DNA from: Candidatus Portnoybacteria bacterium RIFCSPLOWO2_01_FULL_43_11
GTDB lineage: Bacteria > Patescibacteriota > Minisyncoccia > Portnoybacterales > UBA2143
Direction: 5' to 3'
DNA: 64,000 nucleotides
Assembly (NCBI GenBank): GCA_001819605.1
Contig: MHNE01000008.1
Coordinates: 13,054 to 77,053 of the forward strand
In this document: positions 20,300 to 28,490 of the stretch, in pieces
Layout: each line of letters begins with the position of its first letter
Position numbering within the stretch: the first letter of the stretch is position 1
The notes under the pieces: generated by a model
Seen by the model: the letters and a program-made list of their open reading frames with translations, nothing else
What the model was told of the DNA's origin: nothing
Databases searched by the model: none
Translations under genes and position numbers: made by a program

Positions 20300-22351
20300 T
20301 TATTTTCTTACTTCCCATCCCCCTTCATTTTCCAAAACCGAAACAATCTTATTATGAATTTTCTCAATTTCTTCATTAGTCAAGGTATGGTCATCGGCCT
20401 GATAAATAATGTGAAAAGCCAAATTCTTTTTAGCTTCTCCAATTTCTTCTCCCTCATAAATATCAAATAAATCCACATCCTGAACCAATGCTCCGCCGGC
20501 TGTTTCAATTAAATTTAAAACTTCTTCTACTTTGGCAGCCGGCTCAACAAGGATCGCGATATCCCTTACAACCGCCGGGTATTTTGAAGGCGGCAAATAT
20601 TCCCTTTCTTCCGTGGCTAATTTCACTAATTTCTCAAAATCTATTTCAAAACCGGCTGCTCGCGATTCAATGCCCAGTCCTTTTAGAACTTCCGGATTTA
20701 TTTCTCCCAGCCAGCCGAGCGAATCTTCGCCGACTTTTATTTCAGCCCTTCTTCCCTGATGAAATAAATCTAAAATTCGGAATCTGGAATCTGAAATCTG
20801 ATCGCTATACCAAATATCGCTAATCCGCAACTTATTTAAAAGAGAATCAACTACCCCTTTTAAACTGTAAAACTCTTGGGCCTCTTTTGGTTTATTTTTC
20901 AAAGCGAAAATTCCGGCCGCTCTTTTTATCTCTTCTTTTTCAAATACTTTTCCTATCTCAAATAATTTTATTTCGTTAAAAAACCTCGAATTGTCCTTAA
21001 CATTCTTTAATAAATTTAATATTAAATTTGGCCGTAAATATCTTTGTTCCTGACTGACCGGATTTTCTACTTCAATTAAATCTGAAATTTGCTCGCCCAT
21101 TACCTGTTTTTCACTGATAAACGAATAATTGTAGACCTCACTAAAGCCAACGCCGATTAAAATTTCTCTTATCCTGTTTTCGTAAAACAAAGATTCATTT
21201 CGCTCCGGCAATATTAAAACAGCAGTTGGTAATTGGGCCGGAATTTTTTCATAGCCGTAAACGCGGCCAATTTCTTCAATCAAATCTTCGGGAAGAGTTA
21301 TATCCATTCGCCGGGTAGGTATTGTAATGCGTAATGCGTAATTTGTAACGCGTAACTCAAAACCCAATTCTTCTAAAATATTTTTAATCTCTTTTATTGA
21401 AACATCAATTCCTAATAATCTTTTAGCTTTTTCTATTTCAAGTTTTATTGTTTTTGGCTTTATTTTCTTTGGATAAATATCAATCATTCCTTGAATAACT
21501 TTTCCTCCTCCTATTTCTTGAATTAAACCAGCCAGCCGATCAATGGCTTCTGACGCCAAATTAGGGTCAAAGCCCTGTTCAAAACGGATTGAGGATTCTG
21601 TGCGCAGTCCCAGTTTCTTTGAAGTTTGCCGGATATTTATCGGAGAAAAATTAGCCGACTCTAAAATAATATTTTTCGTGTTCTGGCTGATCTCCGCTTT
21701 TTTCCCTCCTTTAATGCCGGCAATGGCCAAAGGTTCCCGTATATCACTAATAACTAAAATATCCTGATCAAGCTCGTATTTTTCATTTTCTAAAGTAGTA
21801 ATTTGTTCTCCTTTCTTCGCCCTTCGAACAACAATTCCCTTTTCAACTTTATCAAAATCAAAAGCGTGCAGCGGCTGACCAGTTTCAAACATTACGTAAT
21901 TTGTCGCGTCAACTATATTATTAATAGACTTCTGCCCGATTGCTTCAAGCCGCTCTTTTAACCACTTAGGCGAAGGAGCGACTTTGATGTCAGTTATCAC
22001 CCGGGCGCAGTAACGCGGACATAAATTTTTATCCTGAACCTTTACTTCTAAAAAATCTTTTATCTTTTGCGATTTATCTTCTTTTAACGGAGTCCTGCCT
22101 TTAGGCAGAGAATTGTCTCGCCCTAAAGGGCGGTCTCCAATTATCACTGCTATTTCTCTGGCAACTCCAATATGGCTCAAACAATCATGCGTCCGATTAG
22201 GCAAGACATCAATATCCAAAATCCAGTCGCTGCCTTTTTTCTCCGTTCTTTCCACCTCAAAACTATGCATTGTTAAAACTTCAACCAGTTTTTCTGGAGT
22301 AGGAAGCTTTCCTATAAAAAAAGATTGTAGCCAGTTATAACTTACCTTCAT
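20300..22351 (-). CDS. pheT: phenylalanine--tRNA ligase beta subunit
   Basis: 683 aa with B3/B4, B5 and FDX-ACB domains (IYPK, FHIIYQADD). Confidence 0.9.
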   Translation of the reverse strand: MKVSYNWLQSFFIGKLPTPEKLVEVLTMHSFEVERTEKKGSDWILDIDVLPNRTHDCLSHIGVAREIAVIIGDRPLGRDNSLPKGRTPLKEDKSQKIKDFLEVKVQDKNLCPRYCARVITDIKVAPSPKWLKERLEAIGQKSINNIVDATNYVMFETGQPLHAFDFDKVEKGIVVRRAKKGEQITTLENEKYELDQDILVISDIREPLAIAGIKGGKKAEISQNTKNIILESANFSPINIRQTSKKLGLRTESSIRFEQGFDPNLASEAIDRLAGLIQEIGGGKVIQGMIDIYPKKIKPKTIKLEIEKAKRLLGIDVSIKEIKNILEELGFELRVTNYALRITIPTRRMDITLPEDLIEEIGRVYGYEKIPAQLPTAVLILPERNESLFYENRIREILIGVGFSEVYNYSFISEKQVMGEQISDLIEVENPVSQEQRYLRPNLILNLLKNVKDNSRFFNEIKLFEIGKVFEKEEIKRAAGIFALKNKPKEAQEFYSLKGVVDSLLNKLRISDIWYSDQISDSRFRILDLFHQGRRAEIKVGEDSLGWLGEINPEVLKGLGIESRAAGFEIDFEKLVKLATEEREYLPPSKYPAVVRDIAILVEPAAKVEEVLNLIETAGGALVQDVDLFDIYEGEEIGEAKKNLAFHIIYQADDHTLTNEEIEKIHNKIVSVLENEGGWEVRK

Positions 22352-23325
22352 TAGAACTGTTTGAGAAATCTCAAATCCCCGGAATAAAATAATCTGATAT
22401 CGTCAATCTTGTATTTGATCATGGCTAATCTGTCTAAACCCATGCCAAAAGCAAAGCCCTGCCAAAGATTAGGATTGTATTTCACGGCCTTTAAAACATT
22501 AGGATGAACCATACCGGCGCCCATTAACTCAAGCCAGTCTCCTTTACCCCTTTTTATGTCTATTTCAAACCCCGGCTCAACAAAAGGAAAATAACTTGGT
22601 CTCAAACGGATTTTAATTTCCGGGCCGAAAAATCTTTTAAAAAACTCCTGTAAAATTCCTCTGAAATGAGCCGCGGAAACATCTTTGTCAATCATTAATC
22701 CTTCTATCTGATAAAACTGAACATCATGAGACGCGTCAGTGGCTTCGTGACGAAAAACCCGTCCGGGCGCGATAATTCGCAAAGGAGGATTATGGCTTTC
22801 CATGTAACGAATCTGGACTGGTGAGGTATGAGTGCGCAAAAGCAGTTTTTTGTTTTTTAACCAAAAAGTATCGGTCATGTCTCTGGCCGGATGTTCCGGC
22901 GGCGTGTTTAAAGCGTCAAAATTATAATATTCCGTTTCCGCTTCCGGACCTTCGGCCACTGTAAAACCCATTGATTGAAAAATTTCTTCCGCCTGTTGTC
23001 TGATTTTTGTAATCGGATGAAAGTGGCCAAGAGCCGGTAAAATTCCCGGGGCCGTAATGTCAATCCATCCGTCCTGAACTTCGGATTTTAGATTTCTGAT
23101 CTCTGATTTTTTTTGATTAAAAATATTTTCTAATTCCAGTTTTATTTGATTGGCTAATTTACCTTTCTCGCGGCGTTCTTTTTCCGGTAAATCTTTTAAG
23201 GAACGCAAAACAGCCGTTAATTCGCCTTTGCGGCCAAGAAATTGTCTATATAATTCTTCAAGAGTTTTTAAGTCTTTAGCCCCTTGTATTTCTTTAAGGG
23301 CTTTTTGTTTTAATTCGTTAAGCAT
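22351..23325 (-). CDS. pheS: phenylalanine--tRNA ligase alpha subunit
   Basis: Class II aaRS motifs (FRHEATD, GAGMVHP, GLDRLAM). Confidence 0.9.
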   Translation of the reverse strand: MLNELKQKALKEIQGAKDLKTLEELYRQFLGRKGELTAVLRSLKDLPEKERREKGKLANQIKLELENIFNQKKSEIRNLKSEVQDGWIDITAPGILPALGHFHPITKIRQQAEEIFQSMGFTVAEGPEAETEYYNFDALNTPPEHPARDMTDTFWLKNKKLLLRTHTSPVQIRYMESHNPPLRIIAPGRVFRHEATDASHDVQFYQIEGLMIDKDVSAAHFRGILQEFFKRFFGPEIKIRLRPSYFPFVEPGFEIDIKRGKGDWLELMGAGMVHPNVLKAVKYNPNLWQGFAFGMGLDRLAMIKYKIDDIRLFYSGDLRFLKQF

Positions 23326-23356
23326 AAAACAAAAATTATTCTGGTTAGGTTAATTT

Positions 23357-23728
23357 TTAATTCCTCCTCATTGCCCACCACTCCGCTAATCCCGCTATGG
23401 CCAATAAAGACAAAACATTCCACCAAGCCAGTATCTTTTGGCTTTGTAAAAACATGGCGCCGACTAAAATAACAGCCAAAAGAATCCCCTGCCGAAAAGA
23501 TACATTGGCTTGTCTTATGGTAATGCCCCGCCTATGGCTGACTCTTCTTATAAAAAAACCGATTAAAAATAAAGCGCCGCTAAATCCGATAAAAAGACTT
23601 AGATAAAACAAAGCCAAAACAGGTAAATTACTATTTGATGGTTCAAGATAAATTAAAATAGCCGCCAGCGAGGCCCAAGCCAGCAAAGTGGCCAAAGCCA
23701 TACCGACCACATAAATCCGCATGCCCAT
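23357..23728 (-). CDS. hypothetical integral membrane protein
   Basis: 123 aa with four hydrophobic helices. Confidence 0.5.
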   Translation of the reverse strand: MGMRIYVVGMALATLLAWASLAAILIYLEPSNSNLPVLALFYLSLFIGFSGALFLIGFFIRRVSHRRGITIRQANVSFRQGILLAVILVGAMFLQSQKILAWWNVLSLLAIAGLAEWWAMRRN

Positions 23729-23819
23729 ATATTTATATTTTACTCTTTTTTATAGATTAAGACAAGAGTCAGCAAAGATAAAAAACTTGCCTAATTAAAT
23801 TTTTTTGTTATAATAAAAA

Positions 23820-23892
23820 CGCGGGGTGGAGCAATTGGAAGCTCGCTGGGCCCATAACCCAGAGGTTGCCGGTTCGAGTCCGGCCCCCGCAA
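23820..23892 (+). tRNA. tRNA-Met(CAU), initiator-like
   Basis: Cloverleaf with anticodon loop CCCATAA, three consecutive G:C pairs in the anticodon stem, a C1:A72 mismatch, and T-loop GGTTCGAGTCC. No CCA encoded. Confidence 0.8.
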
Positions 23893-23914
23893 CATAAATT
23901 TTTCGCTTTACTAC

Positions 23915-23991
23915 GCCGGGGTAGCTCAACTGGTTAGAGCGTCTGACTCATAAGCAGAAGGTTGTGGGTTCGAGCCCCACCCCCGGTACCA
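23915..23991 (+). tRNA. tRNA-Met(CAU), elongator (or Ile2/lysidine type)
   Basis: GCCGGGGTAGCTCAACTGGTTAGAGC..CTCATAA..GGGTTCGAGCCCCAC..ACCA with an encoded CCA. Confidence 0.8.
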
Positions 23992-23992
23992 T

Positions 23993-24068
23993 GGAGCCGT
24001 AGCGTAGCCCGGTTTAACGCATCTGCTTGTCACGCAGAAGATCGTGGGTTCAAATCCCATCGGCTCCG
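23993..24068 (+). tRNA. tRNA-Asp(GUC)
   Basis: GGAGCCGTAGCGTAGCCCGG..anticodon loop TTGTCAC..GGGTTCAAATCCCATCGGCTCCG. Confidence 0.8.
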
Positions 24069-24235
24069 CCTTTGCCCGCCATAGCTGGCTTCGGCGGACG
24101 CAGTCCGCCAGAAGAACGCGACGGCGGGATTCGCCCGCCATAGCTCCGATAACACCGGAGCGAAGACGACCCGATTTCTATGTTTGAGCCATAAAAACCA
24201 GTATTTAAAGTGCTGGTTTTTTGATTTTAAAAATG
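24069..24235 (+). repeat. GC-rich tRNA-like remnant region with a 13-nt direct repeat (GCCCGCCATAGCT x2), hairpins, and a terminal terminator-like hairpin
   Basis: Direct repeats at 24073-24085 and 24131-24143. T-arm-like GGCGGGATTCGCCCGCC. CCAGTA..TGCTGG followed by TTTTTT. Confidence 0.45.
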
Positions 24236-24253
24236 ATATACTAAAGATAGATT

Positions 24254-24481
24254 ATGGCAAAACCATACTACAAAAAACCTAAATTTGAACTCTATTTAGC
24301 CGACTCTCTTGAGCTTTTAAAAAAGTTTAAGGACAATTCAGTGGATATGATTTTTGCTGATCCTCCCTATTTCCTTTCAAGCGGCACTTTCACCTGTCAA
24401 AATGGCAGAATGGTCAGCGTTAAAAAAGGAGACTGGGATATGAGCAATGGGATAAAAAAAGATTTTGATCTCCACTTTTGA
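24254..24481 (+). pseudogene. truncated N-terminal fragment (75 aa) of a beta-class DNA N6-adenine/N4-cytosine methyltransferase (CcrM/HinfI-like)
   Basis: SVDMIFADPPY motif IV followed by GDWD, closely matching the CcrM N-terminus. The ORF terminates without motif I (FxGxG). Confidence 0.7.
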
Positions 24482-25221
24482 ATGATATGAAGCAACACGA
24501 AGCAGTAATAAAAGTAATGAAACAAAATGGTGGATTTGCGACACTTGGGTATCTAAACCAAGAAGTTTTGAAGGTACCCGATGTTGAGTGGAAAACAAAA
24601 ACACCTTTTGCGAGTATTCGCCGTATTGTTCAAGACGAGCGATTTTTCTTTAAAATTAAGCCAGGACTGTGGGCGTTATTGTCGCACAAAAATAAGTTGC
24701 CGCAAGACATACTGCCGACCGATATGATGCCTAAGCAGGAGCAGGAGCTTTTCAATCATAGTTATTATCAAGGTTTGCTCGTTGAAGTCGGGAAATTGAA
24801 GCGGTATGAAACTTTTGTACCAAATCAAGATAAGAACAAGCGATTCTTAGGAAAGACGCTTGGAGAAATAAGCTCGCAAACGGATTTTTACCAATTTGGC
24901 TACGACCACATTGTACGAAAGGCGAAAACTATTGACGTTTGCTGGTTCAATGTCCGAAAAATGCCAAGCGTGCTTTTTGAGGTTGAACACTCAACGGATA
25001 TCCAAAATTCACTTCTAAAATTTGTGGAATTACAGGACTTCAACACCAACTTTTTTATAGTTGCAGACAAGGCGAGAAAAGCAGAATATACAGGAAAACT
25101 GGCACTCAACGCTTTTGACCCAATCAAAGAGCGTGTGCAGTTTATAGATTACGATAAATTATCCAAATGGCATACAAAAACTTTTGAGATTGCCAGTGTG
25201 GAAAATAGTCTAATTTTTTAA
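24478..25221 (+). CDS. HARE-HTH domain protein with a C-terminal putative PD-(D/E)xK-like nuclease domain (restriction-endonuclease-like)
   Basis: N-terminus GGFATLGYLNQEVL...TPFASIRRIVQDERFFFKIKPGLWAL fits the HARE-HTH pattern. C-terminus TIDVCWF...VLFEVEHS is a candidate nuclease core. Confidence 0.5.
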   Translation: MNDMKQHEAVIKVMKQNGGFATLGYLNQEVLKVPDVEWKTKTPFASIRRIVQDERFFFKIKPGLWALLSHKNKLPQDILPTDMMPKQEQELFNHSYYQGLLVEVGKLKRYETFVPNQDKNKRFLGKTLGEISSQTDFYQFGYDHIVRKAKTIDVCWFNVRKMPSVLFEVEHSTDIQNSLLKFVELQDFNTNFFIVADKARKAEYTGKLALNAFDPIKERVQFIDYDKLSKWHTKTFEIASVENSLIF

Positions 25222-25222
25222 T

Positions 25223-25766
25223 ATGGAAATTACCATTAGCCCGTTTTTCGCAAAACTTATTTTACGACTTAATCCGTTTCGTCGCGCTTTTGTGATGTGC
25301 AAAGGATACAGCGATGACTACGAGAATTTTACCGAACTTGTGTGGGAAGATGACAAAGATTTGGATTTTTACGACCGAGAGACCTACCCCAAATTTCAGC
25401 TATGGTTGCTTTAACCATTCATTTTTTGAAAGTCATTGCTGGAACAAATTAAAATCAATGATCTTTTGCGCGGTTATGTGGCACGGAAAAAATTCCAAAA
25501 AGGCAGAACTATTAGAAGTTGAAAGTTTAGATTTTGCCGAAGATGATCAGCTAATAAATGAAATCAAAGTAGACTATGATCTTATTAGAAAAAAATTAAT
25601 TAAGCATGGTTTTGAAAGCTTAACGGGCAAAGACGGAAAATGGATTCAGACCAGAACAAAAGGGACAGGTGGGATAAATCCACGAACGGGCAAACGCCGT
25701 CCGATTACCCGCGCGTTTTACGCAAGAACAAAATTAGTAAAAAAGATTTTTGAAATGGGAAGATAA
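25223..25766 (+). pseudogene. disrupted gene (two overlapping frames); the second frame carries a Vsr/DUF559-like FSYGCFNH...HC motif
   Basis: ORFs 25223-25414 and 25314-25766 overlap in different frames; the NFSYGCFNHSFFESHC motif resembles the Vsr FxxGCFWHxHxC. Confidence 0.35.
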
Positions 25767-25830
25767 ATCGTTCTAAAACAAAAAGGTCGGTATTAAATTT
25801 ATAAATTTGGTATAATTCTTAATTATTGAG

Positions 25831-26064
25831 ATGAAAAAATATAAAGTCAGTTTAGCATTAAAAATTCCAGCTAATTTTGAAATTGAAATTAATACCAGCA
25901 CAAAGAAAAAAGCGTTGGAAAAGGCGTTAGAAAAATATCACAACGGAAAATTTAATGAGAAAGATATAACGGATCCTGATTGGGGTAACATAGAATTAGA
26001 CATAAACGAAAATAGCAATATAGATGATATTGGCAATGGTATTTTTATTGAAGAGATAAAATAA
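25831..26064 (+). CDS. small acidic hypothetical protein
   Basis: 77-aa ORF in the accessory islet; no recognisable motif. Confidence 0.35.
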   Translation: MKKYKVSLALKIPANFEIEINTSTKKKALEKALEKYHNGKFNEKDITDPDWGNIELDINENSNIDDIGNGIFIEEIK

Positions 26065-26132
26065 ATTTTCAAAAACACTGCTCGTATCAAAAAAGCCCTT
26101 TTGGGGCTTTTTATCTTTCAGGCCATTAATCT

Positions 26133-26678
26133 TCAAAGCGCCATTAAATCTTCAAGGGCTCTTTGATAAATTTTAACGGCGTTTTCAGCGTCTTGACGGG
26201 TGAGGCGGAAATCCGGGTCATGAACAATATTATTCCTGATTTTATGGGCCTGCCAAATCGCGTCAATGTTGGCGATTTGAGCTGAAGTGATTTGCTTTAG
26301 TCTCTCGCCCATATTGTCTCCTTTGTAGCCGGATTTTTTTAGAATATTGTCAAGGATTTTATCCGCTTCAATAATGGCTAATTTTAAATTACTTTCCTCC
26401 CCGCTCTCCAATTTCTTCAAAACCGCGCTCCATTCCCTACTCATTCTTCTTTTTGGCCGGCTTGACGCGCCAACGCTTTTAGTTACTATCTGAACCGAAT
26501 TTTTTATGTCAACCCTTAACTTAATAATCAAAAAAACCAAAGCCGCGAAAAGCATAAAAGAAAGCATTAAAGAAAAACTTTTAATAAATAAAAATGTCCT
26601 CCCCCAATCTGAAGAAGTAAAATGGATTGAAAAATAATCGTAAAGATTAAGAAGTAAAGTCCTCATAAGCTTGAGCAA
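26133..26678 (-). CDS. membrane-anchored protein with a C-terminal domain resembling the DUF4145 HEPN family (Rx4HD motif)
   Basis: N-terminal hydrophobic helix. C-terminus AIIEADKILDNIL...IWQAHKIRNNIVHDPD carries the R-x4-H HEPN signature, recognised by consensus-from-memory resemblance to DUF4145. Confidence 0.55.
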   Translation of the reverse strand: MLKLMRTLLLNLYDYFSIHFTSSDWGRTFLFIKSFSLMLSFMLFAALVFLIIKLRVDIKNSVQIVTKSVGASSRPKRRMSREWSAVLKKLESGEESNLKLAIIEADKILDNILKKSGYKGDNMGERLKQITSAQIANIDAIWQAHKIRNNIVHDPDFRLTRQDAENAVKIYQRALEDLMAL

Positions 26679-28074
26679 TGTCTAAAATTTTCTCTTCGTC
26701 AAAATGTTTGCCGATAATCTGAAGACCGATTGGCAACTGACCGACTTTCCCGCAAGGGATAGAAACAGCCGGCGCTCCGGCTAAATTTATCGGCACTGTA
26801 AAAATATCTGATAAATACATTTGCAACGGGTCGTCTATTTTTTCTCCGATTTTAAAAGCCGGTGTTGGCGAAACCGGCGTCATTATAACATCCACTTTTT
26901 TAAAGGCCTCGTCAAAGTCTTTTTTAATTAAAGTCCGCATTTTTTGAGCTTTTAAATAATACGCTTCATAATAGCCGGCTGACAAAGCGTAAGCGCCAAG
27001 CATTATTCTTCGCTGCGGCTCGCTTCCAAAACCATGCTGGCGCGTCTTTAAATAAACTTCTAAAAGATTATCCCCTTTTTCTGAAAGTCCGTATTTTATC
27101 CCGTCGTAGCGGGCTAAATTTGCCGAGACTTCAGCCGGCATAATAATATAGTAAGCGGCCAGAGCGTATTCGGTATGAGGCAAACTCACCTCTATAATTT
27201 CAGCGCCCATTTTTTCAAATTTAGAAATTGCTTTTTTGATTACTTCTTCTACTTCCGGGTCTAAACCCTTAATAAAATATTCTTTGGGCAGACCAATTTT
27301 TAAATCTTGTAACTTGAAACTTGAAACTTGAAACTTGTTTTTGAATTCTACGCTTGTTGAATCCAGCCCATCTTTTCCGCTAATTGCTTCTAAAACAATT
27401 TTTGCGTCTTTGGCGGTTTTGGTTATTGGCCCAATCTGGTCCAAAGACGAAGCCATGGCCATGAGTCCATATCGCGAAACCCGGCCGTAAGTTGGTTTTA
27501 AACCGACCACGCCGCAAAAACTGGCCGGCTGGCGAATTGAGCCGCCGGTGTCAGAACCAAGAGCGTAAATACACTCATTGGCGGCTACTGCCGCGGCAGA
27601 ACCGCCGGAGCTTCCGCCCGGCACCCTTTCCAAATCATGAGGATTTCTGGTAATTCCAAAAGCGGAATTTTCCGTAGAAGATCCCATGGCAAATTCATCC
27701 AAATTTGTTTTCCCGACTATCACGGCTCCGGCTTTTTTAAATTTTTTAATTACCGTAGCGTCATAAGGCGCGATATGATTTTCTAAAATTTTTGAAGCGG
27801 CCGTGCATTTTACGTCTTCAACTAAAATAACATCTTTAACAGCTACCGGGATTCCTTCTAAAACTCCTATTTCTTCTCTTTTTTTAATTTTCTCATCAAC
27901 TTTTTTCGCTTGCTCTAAAGCCAAGTCTTCAGTAACGGTTAAATATGCCCCAATATCTTTGTCTCGTTTTTTAATCTGCTCTAAAACAGCCTCAGTCAAC
28001 TCTCCTGCGGAAAAATCTTTATTTTTGAGACCCTTATGCGCTTGTTGAATAGTTAGTTGGTTTAATGACATCAA
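26647..28074 (-). CDS. gatA: Glu-tRNA(Gln) amidotransferase subunit A
   Basis: Amidase signature GGSSGGSAAAVA; 475 aa. Confidence 0.95.
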   Translation of the reverse strand: MMSLNQLTIQQAHKGLKNKDFSAGELTEAVLEQIKKRDKDIGAYLTVTEDLALEQAKKVDEKIKKREEIGVLEGIPVAVKDVILVEDVKCTAASKILENHIAPYDATVIKKFKKAGAVIVGKTNLDEFAMGSSTENSAFGITRNPHDLERVPGGSSGGSAAAVAANECIYALGSDTGGSIRQPASFCGVVGLKPTYGRVSRYGLMAMASSLDQIGPITKTAKDAKIVLEAISGKDGLDSTSVEFKNKFQVSSFKLQDLKIGLPKEYFIKGLDPEVEEVIKKAISKFEKMGAEIIEVSLPHTEYALAAYYIIMPAEVSANLARYDGIKYGLSEKGDNLLEVYLKTRQHGFGSEPQRRIMLGAYALSAGYYEAYYLKAQKMRTLIKKDFDEAFKKVDVIMTPVSPTPAFKIGEKIDDPLQMYLSDIFTVPINLAGAPAVSIPCGKVGQLPIGLQIIGKHFDEEKILDIAQAYEDFTS

Positions 28075-28097
28075 GAATTTTTAAATATTTTGAATTT

Positions 28098-28388
28098 TTA
28101 TAGAATCGCTTTCACCTTCACATATCCATCCCTTCTCTTTGGCGCTAATTTTAATATCTTTTCCCGCTGTTCTCTGTTTGTATCCCCTGCCCTGTCTTCC
28201 CTCATCACATTTTGAAGTCCGGTAATATGGGCGGTTGGTTCAACTCCCTTTGTATCCACTTCATTCAATTTTTCCACAAAACCCAAAATAGAAGAAAGTT
28301 CTTTTCCGAATTTCTCCTTTTCTTTTTCCGTTATTCCCAGCCGCGCCAACTTCGCCACATGTTCAACCTGTTGTTTGGAAAGTTTCAT
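28098..28388 (-). CDS. gatC: Glu-tRNA(Gln) amidotransferase subunit C
   Basis: 96 aa; VEHVAKLARLGITEKE..FVEKL motif. Confidence 0.85.
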   Translation of the reverse strand: MKLSKQQVEHVAKLARLGITEKEKEKFGKELSSILGFVEKLNEVDTKGVEPTAHITGLQNVMREDRAGDTNREQREKILKLAPKRRDGYVKVKAIL

Positions 28389-28490
28389 TTTAACTGATTT
28401 TATATTAACAATTTTAAATTAAAGAAGCAACCTAAAAGCCAGCCAAACGGCTGGCGCTTTTTTTATGTTTCGGGTTTCAGGAATTATCTT

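Noticed and set aside
21300-21365. GTAATGCGTAAT-type repeats inside pheT
   Set aside because: Short imperfect codon-level repetition within the coding region (ALRITNYALRIT). Not a distinct element, though it may relate to the slippage-prone repeats noted elsewhere.
23926-24141. 71-aa minus-strand ORF
   Set aside because: It is antisense to the three well-formed tRNA genes (fMet, Met, Asp); a spurious ORF created by GC-rich tRNA sequence.
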